Part shown: positions 12,937 through 27,581 of the stretch, in pieces
Layout of the letters: each line of letters opens with the position of its first letter
Position numbering within the stretch: position 1 is the stretch's first letter
From: Heptranchias perlo
Lineage: Eukaryota
Assembly: GCF_035084215.1 (NCBI RefSeq)
Contig: NW_027139559.1
Coordinates: 6,758,001 to 6,822,000, forward strand
Direction of reading: 5' to 3'
DNA: 64,000 bases
Translations under genes and position numbers: made by a program
The notes under the pieces: model-generated
The model's database searches: none
Seen by the model: only the letters and a program-made list of their open reading frames with translations
What the model was told of the DNA's origin: nothing

Positions 12937-13354
12937 TGAAAGCCGTCGAAATTAATTGGCTGAACTGAAGTCAGTATTTACTTATTAAAACCATTCGGAT
13001 TGAACCTAGATCGATACTATTGATGGATTGATTTGTTTTATTATGTTATATTATAAAAATGTAAATATATTAGCACATGTGTGAATGGAGAAATAAACCT
13101 CACTGTCCGGAGAAGAAGGAACATGCATTTCTATAACGCCTTTCACGGCCTCATGACGTCCCAAAGTGCTTCACAGCCAATGAAGTACTTTTTGAAATGC
13201 AGTCATTGTTGTGTAAGGAACATGTGGATGTTTATATTGCTCAAATCTCAACATTCCGGTTAAGAGACTACGTCGTGATTCAATTGGACAGGCATTCCTT
13301 GATTTATATTGACGGAGGAACATTCAGATATCAAAAGTGTTCAGTGCAACTTAG

Positions 13355-13945
13355 ATTCATAGAATGGTTACAGCACAGAAGGAGGCCATTCGGCTCGTCG
13401 AGCCCGTGCCTGTTCTCTGCAAGAGCAATCCAGCTCGTCCCACTCCCCTGCCCTTTTCCCCGTAGTCCTGCAAATGTTTCCCTTCAAGTACTTATCCAAT
13501 TCCCTTTTGAAAACCACGATTGGATCTGCCTCCACCACCCCCTCAGGCAGTCCATTCCAGATCATAACCACTCGCTGTGTAAAACAGTTTTTCCTCCTGT
13601 CGCCTTTGGTTATTTTGCCAATCACCTTAAATCTGTATCCGCTGCTTCTCGAACCTTCCACCAATGGGATCAGTTTCTCTCTATCGACTCTGCCTGGACA
13701 TCAGATGATTTTGAATACCGCTATGAAATATCCTATCAACCTTCTCTGCTGGAAGGTGAACAACCCCAGCTTCTCCAGTCTATACACATAACTGAAGTCC
13801 CTCATCCATGGAACCAAGCTAGTAATTCTTTTCTGCACCGCCTCCAAGTCCTTGACATCCTTCCTAAAGTACAGTCCCCAGAATTGGACACAATACTGCT
13901 GTTGTGGCGGAACTAGTGTTTTATAAAGGTTCATCATAACCTCCT
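13355..13945 (-). mobile_element. CR1 LINE 3' fragment
   Basis: LYKTLV...YCVQFW, FTQRVVMIWNGLPE on minus strand. Confidence 0.88.
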
Positions 13946-14271
13946 TGAAGTTTGGAGATTCCCATAGCTCTGGCTAGGATAACACCGGGGTAAACAGAGA
14001 CAGAGCTGGATACACAAAATCTTATGCATATTGTCGAGACAAGGAAGCCATGTTACCAGGAAACAGAAAATGAGCGGGAACATTAATAATGGCGTATGTA
14101 GATTATCATGGACAGGCCACACTAAACTGCTGGCAGGTTGCCAAATTGGCTGCTGAGGCAGAAAAAATAAGCAAACTCGCAGAGGCAAATACAGTCTATG
14201 TAAACCAAATTATACACCACATCTCACCAAAATATTAACGTCTACAAATAGAAGACTGCATAGACAACTAA

Positions 14272-14995
14272 ATCACAGAATCGTTGCAGCACAGAAGGAT
14301 GCCATTCGGCCCATCGAGCCTGAGCAGGCTCCCAGTAAGAGCAATCCAGTTAGTATACCCAGCTATTTTCCTGTAGCCCTGCAGTTTTATTTCTCTTCAA
14401 ATATTTATACAATTCCTTTCTGAAAGCTGCGAGTAAATCTTCTTCCACCGTCCTTTCAGGCAGTGCATTCCATATCATAACCACTCGCTGCGTAAAAAAG
14501 TTTTTCCTCACTTCGCCTTTGGTTCTTTTGCCAATCATCTTAAATCTCTGTCCTTTGTTTCCGGACCCTTCTGCCAATGGGAACAGTTTCTCTTTGTTTA
14601 CTTTATTTAAACTCTTCATGATTTTGAACACTTCTATCGAATGCCCTCTTATCTTTCTCTGCTCCAAGGAGATCAACCCCAGCTTCTCCAGTCTATCCAC
14701 GTAACTGAAGTCCCTCATTCCTGGAACCATTCTAGTAATTCTTTTCTGCACCCCCTCGAAGGCCGTCACATCCTTCCTAAAGGGCGATGCCCAGAATTGG
14801 ACACAATACTCCAGTGTTTGATAAAGGCTCATCATAATCTGTTTGATTTTGTACTCTATGCCTGTATTTAAAAAGCACATGATTCCATATGCTTTTTTAA
14901 CCGTTTCCTCAACCTGTCCTGCCACCTTCAAAGGTTTGCGCACTCATACCCCCAGATCTCTCTGTTCCTGCACCACCTTTAGAATTGTACCACTG
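14272..14995 (-). mobile_element. CR1 LINE 3' fragment
   Basis: ORF 14350-14943 ([15 protein letters not shown]...FFTQRVVMIWNALPE). Confidence 0.9.
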
Positions 14996-15419
14996 GGCCA
15001 CTGAATCATTATTCCTGAAATAAAGGTATTTATATTCAGCCATGGGAGCAAATGCCCTTACACTTGTTTATCTGCCTGCTTCACACTGTAGAAATTATGA
15101 TATGCATTAGGCATCCAAGAACGAGGAATTCCATGGAAGGCGCAGCCAGGGTAAGCACATTGTGGAAAAGAGGGGAACATTCAGCATAAACATTGCTTTG
15201 GATTGATGTGGTTGTTGACACTGATGTTCGGGGTAATCAGTGCATGGGATGGCCCTAATTGTGTTGGTAAATACAGGTAAGGTTAGCGTTAGTGCCAATA
15301 TCAACAGAATACTGAGCAGACGCCTGCGGAGTGTGTCAGTGTTTCTGCCACTGGGACTGGTGATGACATTGCTGATGTCATTGGGATAGAGGTCAGATAT
15401 AAGTGAGAGAGGTCTTCTA

Positions 15420-15950
15420 CTCTCCTAACTCACCATTCCTTAGAAATCCCAACTGCCTCTTTTATGATTCAAAGATTTTGCTTCCACTGCCCCACCGGAA
15501 GACCATTCCCATGAGTGGCCATTCTTTGTGGAGATAAGTGCTTTCTTACATCAGTCCTGAACTTTCCATTTACCCGATTCCACCTGTTTCTTATTGACCT
15601 GCAGTCGTGGATTAACTTGAAGTAGAGCTCGGGTTTAACCTTTCCGCGTCCACTAATACATCCGCCTTCTTTAAAGTCCAAATAATCCACCCTTTACTGG
15701 TCTTAGCTCCGAACCCGGCCCTCTGACAGTAGAGATGACCTCAGTTGCCCTTCTTTGCACCGCTCCCAGGGCTTGGACCATTCTGCTGCGCCCCAATGTC
15801 CCGAATTGGAATCTGTATCCAAGGCGTGACTTGACCGGGTCACGATATAGCGTCAGCATGACAGTCTTTGAACTGTGCCTTACTGAGATGGCAATGTAGC
15901 CCAGCATTCCGTTTCCTTCATAAATATGGCTCTGTTCTCTACTATATTGC
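15420..15950 (-). mobile_element. Old, diverged CR1 3' fragment
   Basis: GMLGYI...LTLYRDPVKSRLGY...AVQRRATEVI, KFRTDVRKH motifs. Confidence 0.65.
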
Positions 15951-16649
15951 AATGGACCATTGTTCTGCTTTAGCATCTGGCTGCAAATAATCGGCTGGAT
16001 ACAGACAGAAAGGAAAATCAGGTAGGGAGAATCTGTTAGTCAAGAAGGAGGAAAATCGGACGGGCTCCTTTACCAAGGAACGATTCTTTCCACCTGATTT
16101 TCCTTTTTCCGCTGGTGTTACTGTAGGCCCAGACCCTGAAGACACAAACCTACCCACCCCCAACCACCTCCATCTCTTTCAGCTTCTCCCTCATTGAGTT
16201 GCACACAATCAAGTAAGCATGTTCTGCATTTTCCTTCCAATGTTAATTAGCTAAATGATATTTCATCTGTCGCAATCCGGCCCACATTAAAATATTACTG
16301 AGGTTTTCACGTAAGCCACGGATTTTTCTATTAGAGTCCCTTCCTTTTATCAATGATTTGGACCAACTTACATGACTTTCTGAATTGGGGCCACTTTAAA
16401 ACTCAGAAAATGTAAAACTCTTGACGACCATCCCTGGGGGACTGCGTTCATCTTCTAAGCCCTAAATCAGTCCCCAAATTACTACCAGCTGCTTACCCTC
16501 ATCAAGACAATCGCTTACCCATCTCCAGGTTTTACCAATGATAACAATGGAAAATAAAACCGAGCCAGGTGTAAAACAGATTTTCGATTCGTTATCACCC
16601 GACTTTCTCCCGGCAGTGAGTAAAAATTACTCGCCCCCCGTGAAGTTAC

Positions 16650-17400
16650 TACACATTGTCATTCGGGATCGAGTGACTGAGCACGTGAACAAATATCAAA
16701 TGTTCAGAGAGAGCCAGCACGGCTTTGTTAATGTAAGTCATGTCGGCCTAATCAAGTCGAATTTTATGAGGAGGTCACTAATAAGTTAGACGTGGAAGTT
16801 TCTGTGGATGTTTTCTGTATGGAGGGCCAGAAGGCGTTCGATAAGGTTCCACACAGGTGATTATTAGAAAAAATAGGGGTGAAGGGAATTGAAAATAGCC
16901 CTTTGACAAAGGTTGGAAATTGGATGGGAGATCGGAGACAGGGAGAGGGGATAACGGGTACGTTGTTAGATTGAGAGGATCTGAGAAGTGGTCTTCTCCA
17001 ATGATCTATCTGTTTCTGGCTTCAACTTCTCACCATAGTTATTAATGCCTTGGGTGACGGAATGGAAAGTTGTATCTCCAAGTTTGCAGATTACACTAAT
17101 TAGGAGGGATAGTTTGTAGTGCAGATGGGAGCAGTGTGTTGAAAAGGGACATAGGCAGATTAAGTGAGTGGGAAAATCTGTGGCAGATGGAGTTCAAGAA
17201 ACATGAAAGTTGAATCGGAGAATTGTCTAAACCGTAGGAAGCTTGGAACTGTAGAGGCGCATAGAGATTTGGGAGTCCAAGTACACCAATCATTAAAAGC
17301 TAGTAGACAGTTACAAGAAGTAATCGAAATGGTTAATGGAATGTTGGCCATTTCTCAAGGAGGGTGGAATACAAAGAGAAGGAAGTTACGCATCAGTTGT
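16650..17400 (+). mobile_element. Decayed CR1 RT fragment
   Basis: RESQHGFV, AFDKVPH, SKFADYT, RDLGVQVHQSLK remnants. Confidence 0.8.
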
Positions 17401-18019
17401 ACTGACTCTTGATATAAGTCTCGGTGTCCCAGATAGAATAACTATAGTTAGCTATTAAAATATATATCCACATATTTTTACACATTCTGGAATAGCTATG
17501 TAAGCTTAGGTCTGTAATATTCGAGACAATGCCTCATTAACCGTCCAGGAGAAGATATAAGAAATATGAAGTGGTAAGTATATCATGAATCAGTCAATAA
17601 GACGGAGGGGAGGAAACGGTATGAATACGCTTATGTTTTGCATGCACGGGAAAGAGACAAGGCTTCAAATGCTTAATCAAATGTGCAATGTCCAGAGTGC
17701 AAAAAAGAACCGAACACATCAAAGGCATGCACAAGAAATGGTAGCAGCTAACCTCACCACTAAACGAGCTCACGTGTCAAAAGTATACACACAGAACGTG
17801 ATGACATATGGTACCCACATTACGTAATTAAACATATAATAGATAAAACACACTGGAGCTCATGGGGAACTTCAATCCTGAAGGAGTCCTTGGTATGTGA
17901 GTATTGGTTTCGATATCGCACATGCACAGCGTGTAAGGGCTATTGTTTTATTATCTCCTTGAGTTCGTTTAATAACATTTATTTACCAGACGTTTCAGTG
18001 TTTCTTAGTCCTCGAAGAA

Positions 18020-21000
18020 ATTTACCATTGTGGGGGAGTACAAAACTAGGGTAAATAAATATAATCGTAAATATAATATTAAATCCAATAATGAATTCAG
18101 GAGAAACTTCTTACTCAGGCAGTGGTGAGAATGTGGAACTCGTTATCACAGGGAGTGGTTGATGTGAACAGCATAGATGCATTTAAGGGGAAACTGGATG
18201 AATTCATGAGCGAGAAAGCAATAGAAGGATATGTTGATCGGCTGAGTTCAAGTCAGTTGCGAGGAGGCTCGTGTGTATTATAAATACCGGCATAGACCAT
18301 TAGGGCCGAATGGCCTGTTTCTGAACTGTAACATTCCATGTAATTCCATGTAATAACGGTCAATATCCCATTAGCCTTTTTGATTGATTTTTGGACCCGT
18401 TCAGCAGCTTTAAATGATTTGTACACTTGGATTCCCAAATCTCGTTGATCCTCTACAGTTCCTAATCTCTCAGTATCTAGAAAATTCTCCGATTTATCTT
18501 TCTTAGTGACCTCCCACTTGCCCACATTGAAATCCATCTGCCATAGTTTTGCCCACTCACTTAATCTGTCTTAGTCGCTTTGTAACTTCCTGTTCCCACC
18601 CACACAACTTACTGTTCCTCATAATTCATGTCATCTGCAGATTTGGATATACAACTCCCGTTCCTTCATCCAAGTCATTAATAAAGGTGGTGAAACGTTG
18701 AGGCCCCAGAAAAGATCCCTGGAGCACATCACTTATCAGATCCTGTCAATCTGCTAACACACCTTTTATCCCAACTCTTACCTTTTCCCAATAATGTTTT
18801 GTATGGAACTTTATCGAATGCCTTCTGGAAGTCCGTTTAAATAATATCCATAGAAATACCCTTGTCTGGATCGGAATAAAAGCTAATTTGATGGGGATGT
18901 GAATGGAACAAGGGCGGGTAAGCTCGAATAAAACTGACAAACAAAGAAATAGAACGGCAGTGGGAAATATTTAAAACGGTGATCAATAGTTCCCCGGATA
19001 AATATATGCCTCTTAAAATCCAGAACCAAATACATAGCCAACAAATGAAAGGATGACAGAAGGGAATACGAAGAGGTTCGGAAAGAAATACAAGAACAAT
19101 TAGGAGGCGAAAAACAACCACGAGATTAAATTGTCAGGGATATAAAAAATAAATACTAACGTATTCTATAGAAACATAAATAACAAGAGAAAAATCAGGA
19201 TAGGAATAGGGCCACTAAGCGAAGGACACGATAAACTCAGTGGTAATGAAAGCGAAATGGTGGTAATATTGAACAATTACTTTGCCTCCGTTTTTACCAG
19301 GGATACTAATAAGGTGGGCAGGACATTAGGAGAAGAGATCGAAAAAGCTATGAAAACAATTAAGATGGAAAGGAGGAGAGATAATTGATAAAATAATCAA
19401 ACTTAAGGAGAATAGGATCCCTGGTCCGGATGGATTGCATCTGCGATTTTTTTTAAAGATAGGGAAGAGATAGCAGAGGCGCTATTGCATGTCTGTAAGA
19501 ATAGACTAGAAATAGGAATAGTGCCAGAAGGCGAGGGGACAGCTTATGTTAGTGCTATATTATTTTTAAAAAGGGATAGAACAAGTCCAGGAAACGATAG
19601 AATAGTTAGTTTAACGTCGGAAGTAGGAACGATAATGGAATCTTTACTCAAAGATGAAATAGAAAGACATCTAGAGAATGAAATTATAATAAGGAAGAGT
19701 CAGAAAGGATTTCAGAATGGAAGGTCATGCTGACCAACCTTATTGAATTCCTTGAAGAAGTAACAGAAAGACTAGGCTAGGGTAATGCAGTAAATGTAAT
19801 ATATTTGGATTTTGAAAAGGCCTTCGATGAGGTACAGCATTGTAGACTCATGGTTAAGGTCAGAGCATGTGGACTCAGGGGGCAGGTAGCAGAATGGATT
19901 GCAAGTTGGCTACAAAACAGAAAATAGAGAGTAGGGGTTAAGGTTTGCTTCTCAGGCTGGCAAAAGGTGGGAACTGGGGTTCCACAGATATCGGTACTGG
20001 GACAACTGTTCTTCTCAATGTACATGAACGAATTTAATTCAGGAATCGGAAGTACATTTTCAAAATTTATAGGCGACACAAAATTTGGATGTTTTAGTTA
20101 ATACAAAGGAAGAATGCGTCAAAATGCAAAAGGACGTTAATAAACTCGCGAAAGTGTGTGTAATTGACAAATCAATTTCAATATAGATAAGTGTGAGTTG
20201 ATGCATTTTGGCAGGAAGAATAAGGAGGCCACATAATGCTTGGATAGTAAGGGTTAAATAGGATAGAGGAGTCAAAGGATCGTGGGGGATAGATACACAA
20301 ATCACAAAAAGTTAATAAGGCTACAAAAAGGCAAGTCAAGCACTAGGGTTCATTTCGAGAGGGATAGAATTGTAAAGCAGAGAAGTTACGTTGAACTTGT
20401 ATCGAACCTTGATTGGACCACACTTGGAGTATTGTGCATATTTCTGGTCTCCATATTATAAAAAAAATGTAGACGCATTGGAGAGGGTGCAAAAAAGATT
20501 CGCAAGGATGATACCAGAACTGAAAAGATATCCTTATCAGGAAAGGCTGAACAGACTCTCTCGAGAAAAAAAGACTGAGGGGTGAACTGATACAGGTGTT
20601 TAAGATAATGATGGGGTTTTTAGAATTGATCAGGAGAAAATGTTTACTCTTGTCGGGGAGTCCTAAACTAGAAGACATAAATCTAAAATTGTCGTTAATA
20701 AATCCAATCGGGAATTCAGGAGAAACTTCTTTACCCGAAGAGTGGTAAGAATGTGGAACGCGCTACCACAAGGAGTAATTGAGGCATAGATGTATTTAAG
20801 GGTAAGCTGGATAAGCACATGAGGGGAAATGGAATAGAAGGGTATCCAAATAAGCTTGGATGAATTAAGGAGGGAGGAGGCTCGTGTGCAAAATAAACGC
20901 CGGCACAGATCAGTTGGGGCGAATAGCCTGTTTCTTTGCAGTAGTTTCGATTTAACTTGATATGCTTTATTCATGGCCGCCTCAAAAAAATCATCTAGAT

Positions 21001-22540
21001 GAGCCAGATGTCACTTACCCTTAACAAAGCCATGCTTGTTGTTTCTGAACGGCTGCTATTTGTTCACGTGCTCTTTCACTCTATCTCTAATGAAAGACTC
21101 TGGTAACTTCTTCATAACTTATGTTAAACAGCAAAGTTTGCAGTTTCCTGGTTTCTCTCTCTCAACCCTATTAAATAATAAAGTGACATTAGCAATTTCC
21201 AAACTAACTGCACAATTACCGAACCAACAAATCTTAGAAAGATTATGACGAACGCTTCTATATTTTCCTCACCTTCTTCCTTTAATTCCCTGGCCTCGAA
21301 TCCATCCGGTTCAGGTGATTTATCTATCCTAAATCCCATTATTAACTCCATACCTTTTTTTTACCAATATTGATACAATGAGATACACCCCTTGATTTAT
21401 TTTTAGTTTCTCTTCCAACACTGCTATTTTATCCGCTTCCTGTACTGTGAACACGGACACAAAGTGCTCGTTTAATAAATTCGCCATGAACTTGTTAACT
21501 ATTACAGTATTAGTTGCATCTGTCTTTAATGGCTTGCATCTCACTTAGCCACACTCTTAATCTTAATATATTCAGAAAATCATTTACTATTAGCCTTTAT
21601 ATTACTTGGAAGTTTTTCCATATTCCTTTTTTACAGCTATTAATATTTTCTTTGTGACCTTTTGTTATTCTCTGTATTGTTCCCAGTCTGCTGGATTACA
21701 ACTTTTCTGGGCATTGATATAAGGTTAATATCCTACAACCGTGCTAGCAGTGAAACGTGTTTCAATAATTGTGCAGATCAACTCAGTCAAGACAATAGGG
21801 AAACATTGAGTTGAAAAAGGGGGGAGTGGTCAGGTGAGGGGGAATTTAGAAATCTAAACAGAAAAGTCAAGGCAATAGAGCAGTCGAGTGATTTGGGTAA
21901 AGAGAAGCAGAGTGTGACAGGATGGGATGGAGAGTTTAACGGTAATCGCGCGTCAGTGAATAAAGTCAAAGAAGGGAAAAAATGGTAAAAAATTAAAATT
22001 AAATGCGCTTTATCTGAATACATGAAACATGAAACATTCGTAACAAGATAAACGAATTCGTGGCACAAATAGGGATAAGTGGATTTGATAGCTTTTACAG
22101 AGACGTGGTTGAAAGGTGACCAGGATTGGGAGCTAAATATTCCAAGGTAATTGACGTTTCGAAAAGACAGGCAGAACTTGGGATAGCCCTGATAATAAAG
22201 GATGACATAAGGACAGTAGTGAGAAAGGATCTTAGCTCGGAAGATCCGGAATTAGAATCAGTATGGGTGGAAATATGAAATAACAAGGGGAAGAAAACAT
22301 TGCTGGGAATAGTTTATAGGCCCACTAATAGTAGCTATACCGTTTGACACATAATTAATCAAGAAATAAGATGAATTTGTAACAAAGGGAATGCAATAAT
22401 CGTGGCGGACTTTAATCTTCATATGGACTGGACAATTCAAATTGGCAAAAGTAATCTGGAGGATGAGTTCATGGAATGTATTCGAGGCAGTTTTTTGAGA
22501 ACAATGCATCATGGACCCAACCGGGGAACAGACTATTTTA
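18020..22540. mobile_element. Nested cluster of decayed CR1 LINE fragments in both orientations (approx. 18020-18350 +, 18350-18860 -, 18860-20960 +, 20970-21720 -, 21730-22540 +)
   Basis: Repeated endonuclease and RT remnants (GPDG, LNEHFVSVFT, DFEKAFD, PHLEYC, FFTRRVVRMWN); many stops. Confidence 0.8.
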
Positions 22541-23334
22541 TTACAATCAGATGCGCAGTGGTGTGAAGTGTTTCGGGCTCTGCATTAGTTGTGAAAGGGC
22601 CAGTGCAATGTTGGGGGTTAATGTGAAGAGTGCCCTCTGGGATGTATGATTGCAGCGGGTGAGATTGTCAATACAATAAATGAGAGTGGCAAAACCAGCT
22701 CCAAATGGCAGCACCAGTCACAGTATAACTACAGCTCAATGAGGAGCACGGTTTAAAGATGCCCAAATTGTACATGTGGAACTCGTACACGCTTTATTCT
22801 AAAATTACAAAGTATCTGCCCGAGGGAAGGAGCTCACTCAGCATCCCTTTGTCCCTGATCTTTAAGCAAGGTCCATGCGGCTGTGTCTCTCACTCAGGGA
22901 GCTGTAAATGCTGTAAATCACCCCACACATGTTGATCTGACACTGCTCCCTGTCGCAGCATTGTACTCAGTGACTCCTAGTTTTACTTCCTAAAAGTTAT
23001 GTGAAAAACTCAGTCTATAAGTAGCACGGGGCAGACCCGATCTTTGATATTAAGGCTCCGATAAGCACAACAAATGGTTAATAATTGAGACTAGAACTGA
23101 AGAATATGAGGGGAGCAAACGAGTCCCTGTGACATTCCTCTTTCCACTACTTAACTGGGGAGTTCACCCGTTTAAAATAAACAAATCAAATTTTGTGCTA
23201 AAAAGGCGAACAGAGGAAACGCTTCCCAATGTTCGAAATGCTGATTCGCCAACGACATCAACACGAAAATCAAGGTTGTGATGTCAGGTGGAATTAATGC
23301 TCATGATATCAGCAATCATAAATCTGACTGAGTT

Positions 23335-24640
23335 GATATCAGTAATAATCATAGGGAGCCAGCATGGAGTTGTAAAGGATATGTCACGCCTGAGGAATCT
23401 GATTGATTTTTTTAAAGAGGTGTCTAAAGTAGTAGACAGGGGAATATTTCTATGGCTGTTATTTATATGGACATCCAGAAGGCATCCGATAAAGCCCCTC
23501 ATAAGAGACTGTTAGCTAAAGTTGAAGCTCGTGGAATTAATGGGAAATTATTGACTTTGTTAGGAAATTGTCTGAGGGGTAGCAGACAGAGAGTAGGGAT
23601 AATGGGCAGGTACTCAAATTGGCAGTATGTGACTAGTGGTGTCCCACAGGGGCAGGGGTTGGGGCCTCAACTATTCACTGTAATTATTAACGACTTAGAT
23701 GACGAGACAGACAGCCACATATCCAAATTTGCCGATGACACAAAGACAGGCAAGATAACAGTATGGATGGAAGCATAAAATTACAGAGAGATATTAATAG
23801 ATTAAGTGAATGGGTAAAATTGTGGCAAATGGATTTCAATGTGGGCAAATGTGAGGCCATCCACTTTGGGCGGAAAAAAAAAATCAGAGTACATTCTAAA
23901 TGTTGAAAAGCTCGAAACAGTGGAGCTCCAAAGAGACGTAGGCGTCCATGTGCAGAGATCATTAAAATATCATGCACAGATACAGAACATAATCAAAAAG
24001 TTTAATGGAATTCTGGCCCTGATATCTAGAGGATTGAATATAAGGGGGTAGAAGTTATGCTCCACCTAGAGAAAGCCGTGGTTAGACCACACCTGGAGAA
24101 CTGTGTTCAGTTCTGGGCAATTCACCTTCGGAAGGACATATTGGCCTTGGGGGGAATGCAGCGTAGATTTTCTAGAATGATACCTGGACTCCAAGAGTTA
24201 AATTTCGATGTGAGATTACACAAACTCGGGTTGTATTCCCTGTAATTTAGGATATGAAAGGAGTGATTTGATAGAAGATTTCAAGATATTAAGGGGAATT
24301 GATAGTGTAGATCGGGAGAAACTATTTCCGCTGGTTGGGGAGTCGAGGACTAGGGGACATCGTCAAAAAATTAGAGCCAGAACTTTCAGGAATGAAGTTA
24401 GGAAACGCTTCTACACGCAAAGGGTGGAGGAAGTTTGGAACTCTCTTCCACAAACGGCAGTTGATGATTGCTCAACTGTTAATTTAAAAGCTGAGATTGA
24501 TAGATTTTTGGTAATCAAAGTGATTAAGTGATATGGGGCTAAGGCAAGTATCAGGAGTTAGGTCACAGATCAACCATGATTTCATTGAATGGCGAAACAA
24601 GCTCGAGGGGCGAAATGGCCTACTGCTGTTCCTAGGTTCC
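23335..24640 (+). mobile_element. CR1 LINE, RT through 3' tail
   Basis: GSQHG, SGVPQGQGLGPQLF, ISKFADDTK, PHLENCVQFW, FYTQRVEEVWNSLPQ, then GAGGGGCGAAATGGCCTAC tail. Confidence 0.9.
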
Positions 24641-24864
24641 TAACTTACTAATTAGATCCGAAATAATTGTCATGCTGTTAACTCTACATTGTTCCATTAA
24701 TACTTCCATGTTGCCAGGTTAAGTAGATGACCAAGGTTATGAGTGACAACCTCCAGTAGATGACACATATTTTCATTGCATGATTGATGATTGTGGTGTG
24801 AATCGAATAACTGGGCCCTCGTTCCAGCGAATATCAATAACAAACAATTTGGATGGTAACGTCT

Positions 24865-25077
24865 GGGGAGATCATCGAGGAGTTTTTCCGCTCCGGGAGC
24901 GCGTATCGGATCATTGCCAGGCAGTGATTTACACCCCATGGAAATTAATGGTCGCAAAAACACGAGAGGGGTGCGCAATTTCACGGTTTGCACTCCGGGA
25001 ATATATGTACAGGGCATCAGCGGAAAATGCACCCTTTGACTTTTACAGAGAGACCAGTATCTGTAGAATAACTCCCC
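24865..25077. mobile_element. Possible MITE with short imperfect TIRs
   Basis: GGGGAGATCATC ... GAATAACTCCCC (reverse complement GGGGAGTTATTC); CpG-richer interior. Confidence 0.35.
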
Positions 25078-25699
25078 AAGTCGGCGCCGTGAGTGCGGGT
25101 AGACTCAGCTATCATGGAGGGTTGAGAAAGAACCCGTCTCTCGTCTGATGGGAAATTTACACAATTCCAACGGCAATTTTGTTTGGTGCTTTTCAGGATG
25201 TAGTGCATGTTGTTTCAGTCAGAGTTATTGCAGCTGGGGCCAAGTGTTCTGCCGATGGAGATAGACCAGCGGTGTCAACTCTAACAGACGATTGGACAGC
25301 TCCAGGCCAGATAACGGCTTTTAACTGATTAGAGCTGTTGTCGGACCTTCCAAACACCGAGAGCACCCGCACCATAAATTGTCAGGCACTCCGTCAGATG
25401 GGAAAATCCCCTTTCAACCAGCAGGGGTCCATGTTCGGCTCGATCGTATCGCTGGTGCACAAAGGTTGCATTGATTAAATGTTCCGCCGCTAAAGTCTCA
25501 ATGTGAAGAAATTAAAAGCACAGATGACAGCAAGCGAGGAGAGTTATGGAATTCGCTTATGCAGCCAAAATATTACATAGAATCGGCTCCGCGGTCTGCA
25601 CGTAATACACAGAAATATATAAAAGTTAGAACACGGAAACAGACAATTAGACTCAAGCAGACTGTGTCGCCGATTGCTCTCCAAACAAACAACGAGTTC

Positions 25700-27120
25700 T
25701 TATACATTTACTCACCCCTTTTCCAGATCGCTCAAACCGCTTTTCTGCCTCCACCTGTCCAATCTAATTTTGAATGTTGACATAATTTATCTATGGGTTC
25801 TCGTCTTGACCCCTCAACCACTGGAAACAATCTGTTTCTAACTACCCTGTCCCATTCTTCAATCATTTTAAATATATCGTTCCATAATCGAAGTTGTTAC
25901 AACGAAGAAAGGCCCAATGTTCAAATCTATCATCATATTTATATTTCCTCATACGAAGCAGCATCCTAGTCAGTCTGTGTTGTAATATTCTTCCCACAGT
26001 GTGGAGCCCAATACTGCACACTGCATTGAAGCTGCATCCTAGTCAGTCTGTGTTGTAATATTCTTCCTATTGTCTGGAGCCCATTACTGCACACGGTCTT
26101 GCAGCAGCATCCTAGTCAGTCTGTGTTGTAATATTCTTCCTATAGTGTGGAGCCCAATATTGCACACAGTACTCTAACTGAGGTCTTATTAAGGTTTTAT
26201 ATAGGCTCATCATCACCTATTGGGTTTTATATTCTGTGCCTCTTATAATAAACCTAGAATTCCATTAGCTTTTCCATAGCATTATCAACCTGACGTGCTG
26301 CCTTTTATGTCCTGTAAACCCATATCCCCAAATCCCTCTGCTCTTCCACAGCACTGTGCCTACTTCCATTCAGAGTATAATTGCTACTCTTGTCTTTATA
26401 AAAATGCATCAACTCACAATTACTGATATTGAATTCCATCTGCCACTTTTCAGTCCATTCCCCCATTTTATTAATATCCCTTTCCAGCTTCCTTTGGCCC
26501 TCTAAATAATTAACTATACTCCTATTTTGGGATCACGTTCAAATTTCGATACCACTTTATCCAGTCCTAGATTCAGATCATTGGTGTATGTGGTGAATGG
26601 AAGTTTCCCCAGAACCGAATTCTGTGGGATATCCCTACCCAATTCCAACTACTCTGAATATAGTGAGCTCTCTGAACCGAATCCTGAGGGATATCACTAC
26701 CCACTTCCAACCACTCTGAAAATAGTGAGCTCTCTGTGGGATATCACTACCCACTTCCGACCACTCTGAATATAGTGAGCTCTCTGAACCGAATCCTGAG
26801 GGATATCACTACCCACTTCCAACCACTCTGAAAATAGTGAGCTCTCTGTGGGATATCACTACCCACTTCCAACCACTCTGAATATAGTGAGCTCTCTGTG
26901 GGATATCACTACCCACTTCCAATCACTCTGAATATAGTGAGCTCTCTGTGAGATATTACTACCCACTTCCAACCACTCTGAACATATTGAGCTCTCTGTT
27001 TCCTCTCTTCTAATCTCTTTTAATCCAGTTTACCCTCCTCTCCTTATTTCTATGCTCCATAATCTTGACATAATTTCCACTGTGGTAACTTGTTAAAGGC
27101 ATTCTTAAAGTCCATGTACT
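25700..27120 (-). mobile_element. Old CR1 fragment containing two internally amplified tandem arrays
   Basis: RPQLEYCVQYWAP-type remnant at ~26150-26190 on minus strand. ~70-bp unit x3 at 25957-26170; ~49-bp unit (GTGAGCTCTCTGTGGGATATCACTACCCACTTCCAACCACTCTGAATATA) at ~26620-27000. Confidence 0.75.
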
Positions 27121-27581
27121 TTGCAAACTGGATTACTAAAGGTCAAGAGGCCACAGCGCAAACCAAACTGCAGGTCCGGTGCTATTAATGCGGCTGATGC
27201 GAAGTTTGGGTTTCGTGGTTATCGCGGGGCGGCCGCTCCGTTTGTCACCGTAAAAAATATATAGTAGTAATTATTTGAGAGAGCGCATTTTTGCTGTTTT
27301 CGATGGGTTGAACTGCCATATAAGTGCGGATATTATTCTTAATATAGCATTAAAGTGTCACCAAATTATTACACGGGGAGAAGTATGGAAGAACAATCCA
27401 CGTGGATGCAAAGATCCCAACATAGTTCCCATGAAGCGTGTGCTCCATATCTCTACTGATCTGTTCATGTTAATTGGATGAAGATTAAACTCGCGTGAGT
27501 GACGATGGACATAGGGGACATGATGCAACACATCACAAACCGCGAGCTATACTCACTGCCAATGGTCTCTCCCTCTGCCCT

